This document shows positions 37,861-47,362 of a stretch of DNA of 64,000 bases, piece by piece (positions within the stretch are counted from its first letter, which is position 1; the number at the start of each line of letters is the position of its first letter). Source of the stretch: Candidatus Poribacteria bacterium (GTDB taxonomy: Bacteria > Poribacteria > WGA-4E > WGA-3G); contig CBDANF010000002.1 in NCBI GenBank assembly GCA_965197475.1, positions 1,024,001 through 1,088,000 on the forward strand. The letters are read 5' to 3'. The notes under the pieces were generated by a model, which searched no databases, was not told where the DNA came from, and saw only the letters and a program-made list of their open reading frames with translations. The position numbers and the translations under genes are program-made.

Positions 37861-38784
37861 TTGATGCACAAAAGAAGTTGGATCAGTTATGTTATTATAA
37901 GCATTCTTGTCTTTTCATCGTACGTTTTCGTCCTCCGTGGTTCATCTGATAAAGAGAAAGCAAACGGTGCTGATAAAGATGCAGGACAAGCCACTATCAA
38001 GAACAAAGGTTCTGATACAATGGTAAATCTGGCACAAGCTTGGGCTGAGGCATATTCTGGTATTTCAAGTTCTGTATCTGTTGATGTATCAGGAGGTGGT
38101 TCGGGAACCGGTGTTGCTGCGTTGATCAACGGCACTGTGGATATTGCGAACTGTAGCCGACAGGTAAAGGATAAGGAAAAGAAAGAAGCATTTGAAAACA
38201 CTGGTAAAGAACCGATTGAGTTTATTGTCGGATTTGATGCACTCGCTGTTTATGTGCACAGAGAAAATCCTTTAGACCGAATTACTATTCCACAACTTGC
38301 AGAAATCTATGGTGAAGATGGTGAAATAACAAAATGGGACCAACTCGGAATTGCAAATTCTGGATGTGGAAGTGACAGTATTATCCGAATCAGTCGGCAA
38401 TCAAACTCTGGAACTTACTTCTATTTCAGGGAAGCACTGCTTGGAAAATCGCGTGACTTTGAACTCGGTTCTTTAGATTTACACGGTTCTAAAGACGTGG
38501 TAGAAGTCATCGGACGTACCGTGTGTGCTATTGGCTATAGCGGTATGGGATATGCCACTGATCATGTAAAGATGTTAGAAATTGCAACAGTTTCCGATGA
38601 ACCTTATTTCGCACCAAATCTTCAGAATGTGATTGATAAAACATACCCAATAGCGCGTCCTTTGTATATGTATTCTCTTGGCGAACCAACGGGTGAAGCG
38701 CAAGCATATCTGGATTGGATCTTATCTCCCGAAGGACAGAAAATCGTTAAGGAACTCGGTTTTGTTCCTGTAGAAAGCAATTAA
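37861..38784 (+). CDS. pstS: Phosphate ABC transporter substrate-binding protein
   Basis: KGSDTM, GGGSGTG, DIANCSR, RQSNSGTY, YPIARPLY. Confidence 0.95.
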   Translation: MMHKRSWISYVIISILVFSSYVFVLRGSSDKEKANGADKDAGQATIKNKGSDTMVNLAQAWAEAYSGISSSVSVDVSGGGSGTGVAALINGTVDIANCSRQVKDKEKKEAFENTGKEPIEFIVGFDALAVYVHRENPLDRITIPQLAEIYGEDGEITKWDQLGIANSGCGSDSIIRISRQSNSGTYFYFREALLGKSRDFELGSLDLHGSKDVVEVIGRTVCAIGYSGMGYATDHVKMLEIATVSDEPYFAPNLQNVIDKTYPIARPLYMYSLGEPTGEAQAYLDWILSPEGQKIVKELGFVPVESN

Positions 38785-38800
38785 AGGATTTCAGCCATAG

Positions 38801-40069
38801 ATGAATTTTATACGTATTTGCTTTACGTTTTATGGGCGAATCAACAGAGCCGCTTGGTGGTTGTTGAATTTGCCAATATTTGCTATTTTTGCCATAACCC
38901 TAATTGTTCATAACTCTCCTTCTAAAATATCCTTTGAACTACTTCTGTTAATAGTACCGGCTTGGGTACATTTAGCAGTAAGTGCTAAACGGTGGCATGA
39001 CAAAGGCAAATCAGCATGGTGGCTTTTGTTTCATCTCATACCAATAATTGGGGTGATTAGTGTGCTGTCAGTTGAGATGTCGTCAGGATGGTGGATGCTT
39101 GTTCACCTCATTGCAATTATTAATGGACTCTGGACAGTCATAGAATTAGGATTTATTAAAGACGTGAAGGAAGACAATCAGTATGGACCGGATTCAGAGA
39201 CAACTTCCGAACCGATAATTGATCTGTACATTCGTTTATGTGGAATTAGTTCAATCTTATTTGTTTTTGGGATTTTCTTCTTCGTGTTTAAGGAAGGCGC
39301 AGGTTTCCTCTTTAATGGTTTAGATCTATGGGAGTTTTTGACAAGTGAAGAATGGTATCCTACATCTCTTGGTAACAAAAGGTATGGCACATTTGCTTTA
39401 ATTCTTGGAACATTTAGCGTAACAGCATTAGCGATGTTGATTGCAGTGCCGTTTGGTCTTGGCGCAGCAATCTTCGTATCGGAATTCTGCAGTCCAAAGT
39501 TGAGAGAGACCTTCAAAATTGTGATTGAATTCCTCGCAGCAATTCCGTCAGTTGTTTGGGGATTCATCGGTTTGACGTTAATAAATCAGTTGATTATTGA
39601 GGTATTTAATGCACCAATTGGCTTGACAATGCTAAACGGTGGTATCATGCTGGCGTTAATGAGTGTTCCGATAATTGTCTCTATAGCAGAGGACGCTCTG
39701 AAAGCAGTACCGGATTCTTACCGTGAAGCGGCAGAAGCACTTGGTGCTACTCGATGGCAGGTGATTTACCGTGTACTATTACCCGCAGCGAAAAATGGAT
39801 TGTTGGCAGCGGTTTTACTCGGTGCAGCACGATCTATCGGTGAAACGATGGCGGTTTTGATGGCAACAGGACACTCAGTCAACATTCCCAACAGTCCACT
39901 CTCTGGGATTCGCACACTCACAGCAACTATCGCTGCGGAATTGGGTGAAGTCGCAAAAGGCGGTGAACATTATCAAGTCCTATTTATCATCGGCATCCTA
40001 CTTTTTTCTATTACTTTCGTAGTAAACCTTATCGCTGACTTGGTTATCAAAGGTATTCGTCAGAGTTAG
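38801..40069 (+). CDS. pstC: Phosphate ABC permease PstC with N-terminal DUF805-like domain
   Basis: GRINR..KRWHDKGKS..NQYGP at N-terminus; LAAIPSVVWG, REAAEALGATRW, RSIGETMAV. Confidence 0.9.
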   Translation: MNFIRICFTFYGRINRAAWWLLNLPIFAIFAITLIVHNSPSKISFELLLLIVPAWVHLAVSAKRWHDKGKSAWWLLFHLIPIIGVISVLSVEMSSGWWMLVHLIAIINGLWTVIELGFIKDVKEDNQYGPDSETTSEPIIDLYIRLCGISSILFVFGIFFFVFKEGAGFLFNGLDLWEFLTSEEWYPTSLGNKRYGTFALILGTFSVTALAMLIAVPFGLGAAIFVSEFCSPKLRETFKIVIEFLAAIPSVVWGFIGLTLINQLIIEVFNAPIGLTMLNGGIMLALMSVPIIVSIAEDALKAVPDSYREAAEALGATRWQVIYRVLLPAAKNGLLAAVLLGAARSIGETMAVLMATGHSVNIPNSPLSGIRTLTATIAAELGEVAKGGEHYQVLFIIGILLFSITFVVNLIADLVIKGIRQS

Positions 40070-40092
40070 TTCCTGCTACAATTAAGGAATGT

Positions 40093-41010
40093 ATGAATAG
40101 CAATACAGACATATCCGCAGAGAAAATGTTTACTGAAATGGCAGTTGGAAAACAGAGCAGGTTTATAGAGAATGGGTTCAAAATATTTTTTCTAATTATG
40201 ACCTGTCTAATGATTCTGCCGCTGCTTCTAATTGTAGGATATCTTCTCTATAAAGCACTGCCAGTGTTATCTTTTGATTTTCTATTTACGAATCCGAAGG
40301 ATAACATGCGTGCAGGTGGATTGTGGGCACCGTTCCTCGGAACAATATATCTTGTGGTGGTTTCGTTGTTGGTAGCAGCACCGATTGGTGTATTCGCATC
40401 GGTGTATCTTAACGAGTATGCCCGTAATAATTGGTTCACACGAATCGTAAACTTAGCAGTCGTGAACCTGGCTGGTGTGCCAAGTATTGTACATGCGCTG
40501 TTCGGTGTTGGGGCATTTGTGCTGTTTGCCGGTTTAGGGGAGTCAATTTTGGCAGCTTCGCTTACATTGGCAATTATGACGTTACCCGTTATTATCGCGA
40601 GTACGACTGAGGCACTCAAAGCGGTGCCGATGTCTTTCCGTGAAGCATGTTGGAATATGGGTGCCACACGCTGGCAAACGATCCGCCGGATTGTGCTACC
40701 AAACTCAATTAGCGGTATTTTAACAGGTGTTATTTTACAGGTGTCTCGTGCAGCAGGCGAAACAGCACCGATTATGTTTACTGGGGCAGTATTCTATAAA
40801 TCTGTTGCAGAAGGAAACATTTTTGTATATAATATAACAGACCAGTGTATGGCACTTTCGTTGCACCTCTATACGATTTCGACACAGGTGCCGGACGTGA
40901 CGGAAGGTATACCTTACGGGACAGCAATTGTGTTGGTGGGAAGTGTGCTTCTTGTTAATGCTGCGGCAATTATTCTACGGGTATATCTTAGAACGCGAAA
41001 AAGGTGGTAG
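40093..41010 (+). CDS. pstA: Phosphate ABC permease PstA
   Basis: YLNEYA, NLAGVPSIV, EALKAVP, SRAAGETAP. Confidence 0.95.
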   Translation: MNSNTDISAEKMFTEMAVGKQSRFIENGFKIFFLIMTCLMILPLLLIVGYLLYKALPVLSFDFLFTNPKDNMRAGGLWAPFLGTIYLVVVSLLVAAPIGVFASVYLNEYARNNWFTRIVNLAVVNLAGVPSIVHALFGVGAFVLFAGLGESILAASLTLAIMTLPVIIASTTEALKAVPMSFREACWNMGATRWQTIRRIVLPNSISGILTGVILQVSRAAGETAPIMFTGAVFYKSVAEGNIFVYNITDQCMALSLHLYTISTQVPDVTEGIPYGTAIVLVGSVLLVNAAAIILRVYLRTRKRW

Positions 41011-41103
41011 CTTCTCGGAATGGGAAGGTTTGAGGTGCTAGTTACTGGTAAACTCATTTTCTTACTGAGTTTTGCTATCTCGCCCAAAAGGCGTTAAAAT
41101 AGG

Positions 41104-41859
41104 ATGTTACCCATGTTGAACGATGATATTGAAGAACAAACTAACTTTCAAAAAAAGTTAGGGGTTATTATTGAAGGGGCTGTTTTTAGCGGAATTATTC
41201 AATTTTTGATTGTTACATCAGCAGTTACTTTTGTACTTGAAACGGAGCCTGACCTTAAGCAGTATAAACATTATTTTGATATCTTAGACTGGACGTTTCT
41301 TCTACTGTTTGCGATGGAATATATCCTACGAATTTACACTGCCCTTAATAGGCGAGTATTCATATTCAGTTTCTTTGGGATTGTTGATCTGCTTGCAATT
41401 TTACCTGCCCTAGTGCTTATACCTGGGTTCCGTGTGCTACGCATTCTCAGAGTTTTGCGGGTTTTCAGAATATTTAAGGCGACTCGATTCATCTTGGCAG
41501 TGGATAGAATGATTGATGCATTAAGTGAAGTCAGAAGGGAACTTTTCGCACTTGTAATTCTATCCTCAATGTTTGTCTACTTAGCAGCATGTGGCATCTA
41601 CTACTTTGAAAGAGAGGCACAACCTGATGCTTTTGGTTCAATTTCTGACGCGATGTGGTGGGCAATTGTCACACTAACTACAATTGGTTATGGTGATGTT
41701 TATCCGGTAACAACTGGTGGCAAAATTTTCACTGCATTGGTGGCATTAGTCGGTGTTGGACTCATCGCTATTCCATCTGGATTGTTAGCTTCCGTTCTAA
41801 CTCAGGCGAGGGTTGAAGAAGAACAAGCAGAGGAGAATGCTGCAGAAGATGAAAAATAG
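41104..41859 (+). CDS. Voltage-gated-type K+ channel (6TM)
   Basis: S4 FRVLRILRVLRVFRIFK; filter TTIGYGD. Confidence 0.93.
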   Translation: MLPMLNDDIEEQTNFQKKLGVIIEGAVFSGIIQFLIVTSAVTFVLETEPDLKQYKHYFDILDWTFLLLFAMEYILRIYTALNRRVFIFSFFGIVDLLAILPALVLIPGFRVLRILRVLRVFRIFKATRFILAVDRMIDALSEVRRELFALVILSSMFVYLAACGIYYFEREAQPDAFGSISDAMWWAIVTLTTIGYGDVYPVTTGGKIFTALVALVGVGLIAIPSGLLASVLTQARVEEEQAEENAAEDEK

Positions 41860-42190
41860 AACTGGGTTCGGACAGAAGTTATTGGCATTTGTTATGCTGT
41901 TGTTGGTACTACATTTCTTTTTAGCATGTGGCATCTACTACTTTGAAAGAGAGACACAACCTGAGGCGTTTGGTTCAATTCGTGCCGCAATGTGGTATAT
42001 TGTAGTAACATTTACGACAATCGGTTATGGAGATGTATATCCTTTCACACTGGGTGGCAAAATTATTAGTATGTTAGTCGCAGGAATTGGATCCTTAATT
42101 GGTTTAGTATGCTTTATCTGGATAGTTTTAGGAACATTAAGGTTTGGAACATTTTTGAGAAAAACACGGAAGAGAATTACGAAAAGTTAG
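41849..42190 (+). CDS. Pore-only (2TM) K+ channel
   Basis: TTIGYGDVYP between two TMs; start may be 41837 or 41849. Confidence 0.85.
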   Translation: MKNRTGFGQKLLAFVMLLLVLHFFLACGIYYFERETQPEAFGSIRAAMWYIVVTFTTIGYGDVYPFTLGGKIISMLVAGIGSLIGLVCFIWIVLGTLRFGTFLRKTRKRITKS

Positions 42191-42205
42191 AGAAGCGAGG
42201 AAACC

Positions 42206-42961
42206 TTGCAAAACAAAATTGAGATTTCTGACCTGAAAGTGCGTTACGGGGACAAACAGGCACTGAATGGGATTTCCTTTGATGTTCACGAAAACGAAAT
42301 TCTTGGCATCATTGGTCCTGCACAATCAGGTAAAACGACTTTGTTAAAAGTCATCAATAGAACGTTGGAATTTACACAAGGGACATCAGTTGAAGGTTCG
42401 GTGAGGTTAGACGGTGTTGATGTCAACTCAATTAGTGATGTGCATGGATTGCGTAGACGTATCGGTATGGTCCTGCCATTGCCAGTCGGTTTACCACTAT
42501 CCATCTATGATAATGTTGCCTTCACACCGAGGACAGCAGGACTCAGAAAAAAAGACGAATTAGATGAAATTGTGGAACGATGTCTTCAGCAAGCAGCACT
42601 ATGGGATGAAGTCAAAGATCGCTTGGATAGCCTCGGTACTAAACTCTCAGGAGGTCAACAACAGCGATTGACAATAGCACGAGCACTCTCACATCAACCG
42701 GAAATTTTGTGTCTTGATGAATTTTCTATTGCTGTTGATCCAATCACAACAATGCGTATTGAAGATGTACTGCAAACACTGAAAAATGAGATGACAATTC
42801 TACTCGTTACAAATTTGATTCAGCAAGCAAAACGGTTAGCGAATCGAACTGCCTTTATGCTAAACGGTGATCTGATTGAAATTGATGAGACAGATGTAAT
42901 TTTTTCCGATAGTCCAGCAAGTCAATCCACTTACGACTATGTGAATGGTAATTTTGGATAG
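42206..42961 (+). CDS. pstB: Phosphate ABC ATPase, paralogue 1
   Basis: GPAQSGKTT, LSGGQQQRL, LCLDE; switch His replaced (VTNL). Confidence 0.9.
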   Translation: MQNKIEISDLKVRYGDKQALNGISFDVHENEILGIIGPAQSGKTTLLKVINRTLEFTQGTSVEGSVRLDGVDVNSISDVHGLRRRIGMVLPLPVGLPLSIYDNVAFTPRTAGLRKKDELDEIVERCLQQAALWDEVKDRLDSLGTKLSGGQQQRLTIARALSHQPEILCLDEFSIAVDPITTMRIEDVLQTLKNEMTILLVTNLIQQAKRLANRTAFMLNGDLIEIDETDVIFSDSPASQSTYDYVNGNFG

Positions 42962-42982
42962 CGAGAGAGAGGAATATCTCAC

Positions 42983-43756
42983 TTGGAAACAAATAACTAT
43001 AGCATTGAAACAGAGAATCTCAGTCTTTGGTATGGTGATTTTCAGGCACTTATTGATGTGAGTGTGAAAATTCCTGAAGGGAAAATTACAGGACTTATCG
43101 GTCCTTCTGGGTGTGGAAAAACGACACTCCTTCGCTGTTTTAACCGTGTGAATGAACGTTACGGCAACGTTACGACAAAGGGTGAGATTAAAATTTTAGG
43201 AAAAAATATTTATGACACCGATGTCTCTCTACTTGAGTTACGAAAAACAGTGGGTATGGTATTTCAGCGACCTAACCCGTTACCGATTTCAATTTACGAA
43301 AATATTCTATTTGGTTTGCGTATACATTCTCCATTTGGAAGTCTATCGCGCACCCGATCTGATGAGATCGTTGAAGAAGCACTCACCTCTGTTTTTCTGT
43401 GGGACGATTTGAAGGATAAACTAAAGACACGAGCAACATCATTGCAACTTGAGCAGCAACAAAAACTTTGTATTGCACGTCTTCTACCACTTAAACCCCA
43501 GATCATCTTGATGGATGAACCGTGCTCTGCGCTTGATGCCAAAGGCACTCTTGCAGTTGAGGAACTGATGTCTATCCTTGCAGGTACCTATACATTCTTA
43601 ATCGTTACACATAATATGGCACAAGCACGGCGAGTCAGTAATGAGTGTATTTATATGTTCCTCGGTGAACTTATTGAACACAGAGAGACTCAGGCACTTT
43701 TTGATACTCCTGAACATCCAAAAACAGCAGATTATGTGCAGATGCGGTACGGATAG
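42983..43756 (+). CDS. pstB: Phosphate ABC ATPase, paralogue 2
   Basis: GPSGCGKTT, VFQRPNP, MDEPCSALD, VTHNMAQA; degenerate signature LQLEQQQ. Confidence 0.9.
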   Translation: METNNYSIETENLSLWYGDFQALIDVSVKIPEGKITGLIGPSGCGKTTLLRCFNRVNERYGNVTTKGEIKILGKNIYDTDVSLLELRKTVGMVFQRPNPLPISIYENILFGLRIHSPFGSLSRTRSDEIVEEALTSVFLWDDLKDKLKTRATSLQLEQQQKLCIARLLPLKPQIILMDEPCSALDAKGTLAVEELMSILAGTYTFLIVTHNMAQARRVSNECIYMFLGELIEHRETQALFDTPEHPKTADYVQMRYG

Positions 43757-43855
43757 GTTAAATTGGATGGGTGTTTCCGAAGTTTTATAAGTTCAATAGT
43801 TTTTGACAACTGCCTGTCCGGAGAAAGGCATTTCTCTTAGCAGAATGCTAATATC

Positions 43856-44581
43856 ATGAAAAGGTCAGGACTGATTTTTCAGAGCATCGCCTTAATTATA
43901 CTGGTCGTTGCATTCATACTTTTTTGGAATTCCAATATAGGGACGACGTTTGTAGAGGGTAATCCGACATTAGATCAGATCGCCACAGACTCATATTCCG
44001 ATCTGCAAGAAAATCTCTATCGGATGCTTCCAGTTCTGTTTGGATCGATATTGTTCAGTGTTTCAATTGCGTTTTACTTAGAAGAATGGGTTGCAGAAAC
44101 AAGTTGGAAATACCGAATAGTAACAAGCCAAATTGCAATTTTGGCATGCATTCCTTCGCTATTATATGGGATCCTGGGGATTTACTTTTTTGTTTTTCAG
44201 ACAGAGAAGGTTTCGTATTTCGCACATGCGTTAACGATTGTTTTACTCGTGATGCCAATTGTCATTCAGTCAACGCAAAAGGCGATTAAAGGTGTTGCTA
44301 TGCCTGTCCGAGATGCAGCTTATGCTTTAGGTGCGAACAGATGGCGAGTGATATCTGATCATGTTTTTCCGCTTGCGTTTCCTTCGATTTTGGCTGGAAT
44401 TTTCACGGCGATTTCACGTGCGCTTGCTATTGCTGCCTTAATCATCGTTGTTCACATAGTAAAAAATCATGCCCCACATTCAGGAGGCTCCTTCAACATT
44501 CCAAGCAGTGTAATTGTGCTTCTCTCATCGGCACTGTTGTCCAGCATTATCTCAAGTTTTCTTCAGAAGAAACCAAATTAA
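43856..44581 (+). CDS. Divergent PstA-like permease
   Basis: FYLEEW, LACIPSLLYG, RDAAYALGANRW; lacks GETAP motif. Confidence 0.8.
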   Translation: MKRSGLIFQSIALIILVVAFILFWNSNIGTTFVEGNPTLDQIATDSYSDLQENLYRMLPVLFGSILFSVSIAFYLEEWVAETSWKYRIVTSQIAILACIPSLLYGILGIYFFVFQTEKVSYFAHALTIVLLVMPIVIQSTQKAIKGVAMPVRDAAYALGANRWRVISDHVFPLAFPSILAGIFTAISRALAIAALIIVVHIVKNHAPHSGGSFNIPSSVIVLLSSALLSSIISSFLQKKPN

Positions 44582-44635
44582 CTCTAAAAACTCTCTTATT
44601 TTACATGAAACTATTAACATAGGATTCAACGAAGA

Positions 44636-45406
44636 ATGCAACCATTAAAAACGGCTCCTATCTTACATATAAACGATTTAAATGTTTGGTACGGCAAAAA
44701 ACAGATTCTCAAAAATCTCACTTTTGATGTGTTGCCAAAGCAGGTCACAGCATTTATTGGTCCGTCGAATTGTGGTAAAACCACATTGGTGCGTTGCTTA
44801 AACCGGTTAAATGACCAGACTGTAAACTTCAGACATACTGGAGAGATTCTTTTTAAAGGTAATGACCTTTATGCAGCAAAGTTAAAAGCATCTAAAATTG
44901 CTCGGCAAATAGGCATGGTTTTCCAAAAGCCGATTCCATTCCGCAAATCCATCTACGAAAATGTTGCCTACAGTATGCGGCTTCGCGGAATAAGAAAGTC
45001 AGGTCAACTTGATAGTATCGTAGAAGAATGTCTCAAAAAGGCACAACTTTGGAATGAAGTTCATCCCGATCTTCATGCTTCTCCTGAGATTTTGTCTAAT
45101 GGTCAACAACAGCAGCTTTGCATTGCACGCGCATTAGCAGGAGATCCTGAAATTCTGATATTTGACGAACCGTGTGAACAACTGGATGCAGCTGAAACAC
45201 CCATACTGGAAGCGATTGTTCAGAGTCTCAAGAGCCAATATACGCTTATCTTTGTCACCAACAAAAGACGGCAAGCCGCACGCGTGTCGGATGTAGCTGG
45301 ATTCCTCTGTTACGGGGAGTTGGTAGAATTCGGGCAAACGGAACAGATTTTTACGAACCCTAAAGACAAACGAACTGAAGACTACGTAACCGGTAGATTA
45401 GGTTAA
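44636..45406 (+). CDS. pstB: Phosphate ABC ATPase, paralogue 3
   Basis: GPSNCGKTT, VFQKPIPF, LSNGQQQ, TEDYVTGRLG; VTNK at switch. Confidence 0.88.
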   Translation: MQPLKTAPILHINDLNVWYGKKQILKNLTFDVLPKQVTAFIGPSNCGKTTLVRCLNRLNDQTVNFRHTGEILFKGNDLYAAKLKASKIARQIGMVFQKPIPFRKSIYENVAYSMRLRGIRKSGQLDSIVEECLKKAQLWNEVHPDLHASPEILSNGQQQQLCIARALAGDPEILIFDEPCEQLDAAETPILEAIVQSLKSQYTLIFVTNKRRQAARVSDVAGFLCYGELVEFGQTEQIFTNPKDKRTEDYVTGRLG

Positions 45407-45429
45407 TCCAGAATTCGCGGGAGACACAG

Positions 45430-46113
45430 ATGCAACATTACCTTGAATCAGAGCTCAAAGCACTTCAGCACCAACTCCTTAAAATGGGAGGAATTGCCGA
45501 AAACATGTTGCGTGATGCTGTTCAATCTATCCTAAACCGAGATGAGGATTTGGCAAAACGTGTTATCGCTGTTGACGATACAGTTGACAAACTTGAAAAT
45601 GAAATTGAAGCAAGATGTATCCAACTAATAGCCCGACACCAACCTGTAGCATTTGAATTACGCTACTTGACTACGGCTCTGAAGGTAAATAGGAACATTG
45701 AAAGGTTAGCCGATAAATGTGTTTCTATAGCCAGACGTAGTATTCAACTTTTAACATATCCGCCAATGCAGACCTTTGTTGATCTCCCTTCTATAACACA
45801 TTTAATTCAAGAGATGGTCAAAGACGCGCTTGACGCGCTTGTCCATCGGGATGCTGAACTCGCAAGAGAAGTCCGAGAACGCGACAACAAAGTAAATACT
45901 ATCTATGAACAGATGGAGGGTGAACTTTGTGCTATTTTAGCCGATCAACCGCAGCTCATCCAGTCTGGTATTAGTGTTCTGCTTCTTTTTCGGCATCTGG
46001 AACGGGTAGGAGACCTTGCAGCAAATATTGGTGAGGAGGTATATTACCTTGTCAAAGGGGAAGTTATTCGACATTCAGACATCACAATAGATGCATCTGT
46101 AGAGTCGCAGTGA
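45430..46113 (+). CDS. phoU: Phosphate signalling protein PhoU
   Basis: DDTVDKLE, ARHQPVAFELR, ERLAD, RHLERVGD. Confidence 0.95.
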   Translation: MQHYLESELKALQHQLLKMGGIAENMLRDAVQSILNRDEDLAKRVIAVDDTVDKLENEIEARCIQLIARHQPVAFELRYLTTALKVNRNIERLADKCVSIARRSIQLLTYPPMQTFVDLPSITHLIQEMVKDALDALVHRDAELAREVRERDNKVNTIYEQMEGELCAILADQPQLIQSGISVLLLFRHLERVGDLAANIGEEVYYLVKGEVIRHSDITIDASVESQ

Positions 46114-46133
46114 ACCTTGAAATGAATGTGCTG

Positions 46134-47339
46134 TTAGCTATCTTCTGAGTAAAAATGAACATCTCGTTGTGGGAATGGGATTGTGATGTTGTATTCCTTA
46201 AACTTTTTCCAAATCATAAAATGAAGGTCGCTTGCAATCTCAAAACGATCAAACGTATTTGGAATCCATGCTAACAATTCAAAGTCTAACGAAAACTCAC
46301 TAAAATTAGTAAACCGGACAAACGGAGCCGTAACGTTCTCCATTTCAGGTGTCGGTTCTTTAATCACTTCAGGGTGTGCATGTGCCACCTCAAGCAATGC
46401 TTTTTTGACGAGTTCTACGTCTGAACTAAACGATACACCTACCTTAATGCTAACACGAAAGCGGTTGTTATAATGGGTCAGGTTATGGACCGGCTCCGTA
46501 ATTAATTGCGAATTTGGAACAATAATTTCCTTTGCATCAAGTGCCATAACAATTGTTGAGCGGAGATTGATGCTACTCACCCTTCCAAAAATGTTAACGT
46601 CCATAATCTCCACCAAATCCCCAATTTTGATAGGTCGTTCAAAAATTAGAATAAATCCTGAAATCAGATTCGATACGATGTTCTGCAAACCGAAACCGAC
46701 ACCGATACTCAACCCGCCGAAAATTATAGCTAAACTCGTGAAACTAATTCCCAGGGTATTGAGACTGATAAGCACTCCGATAGTAATAAGGATGAAGTGA
46801 AAAAAGCGGAGTATAATGAATTGGGTGTGCCTCTCAATTTGAAAGGCACGTAACACTTGCCGCTGCAAGGCCCATTGCGCGTACTTAGACAGAACAAACA
46901 TCCCAAAGACAATAGCGAACCCATAAAAAAGCCTTGCTAAGGTCAATCCACTCTTATCTGTGTCGTCTATTACTGATGGCGACACTCCACCAGCATCTGT
47001 TTCAGCAGGTTTGAGGGGAGGCTGAAACAGATCAGCAAGTGGATAATTAATAGCTTTGCCAAATAGTCCTGTGCTAATGCCGGCAACATTGAATGCAACA
47101 CCGATCCCAACAATCATTACAATGAGGAATAGGATTGCAAGTAGACGATTTGATATGTTTTGCTGTATCTTTAGTCTATCAAAAAGGCGGCGGAACCATT
47201 GACGTAAATATCCTGCGATTATCAACGACGCTACCAAAATCCCAATAAAGACCAGAATTTGCCAGACTTTTACCGGCTCATCTAAAGTAATAACGTCCTC
47301 GTTGAGGAATTTGAGAAATCGTTGATATATTTCATCCAT
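46134..47339 (-). CDS. Small-conductance mechanosensitive channel (MscS family)
   Basis: GVGFGLQNIVSNLISG, ERPIKIGD, IIVPNS, IPFPQRDVH. Confidence 0.95.
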   Translation of the reverse strand: MDEIYQRFLKFLNEDVITLDEPVKVWQILVFIGILVASLIIAGYLRQWFRRLFDRLKIQQNISNRLLAILFLIVMIVGIGVAFNVAGISTGLFGKAINYPLADLFQPPLKPAETDAGGVSPSVIDDTDKSGLTLARLFYGFAIVFGMFVLSKYAQWALQRQVLRAFQIERHTQFIILRFFHFILITIGVLISLNTLGISFTSLAIIFGGLSIGVGFGLQNIVSNLISGFILIFERPIKIGDLVEIMDVNIFGRVSSINLRSTIVMALDAKEIIVPNSQLITEPVHNLTHYNNRFRVSIKVGVSFSSDVELVKKALLEVAHAHPEVIKEPTPEMENVTAPFVRFTNFSEFSLDFELLAWIPNTFDRFEIASDLHFMIWKKFKEYNITIPFPQRDVHFYSEDS

Positions 47340-47362
47340 TTTTTGTTATCCAACCCATATCC

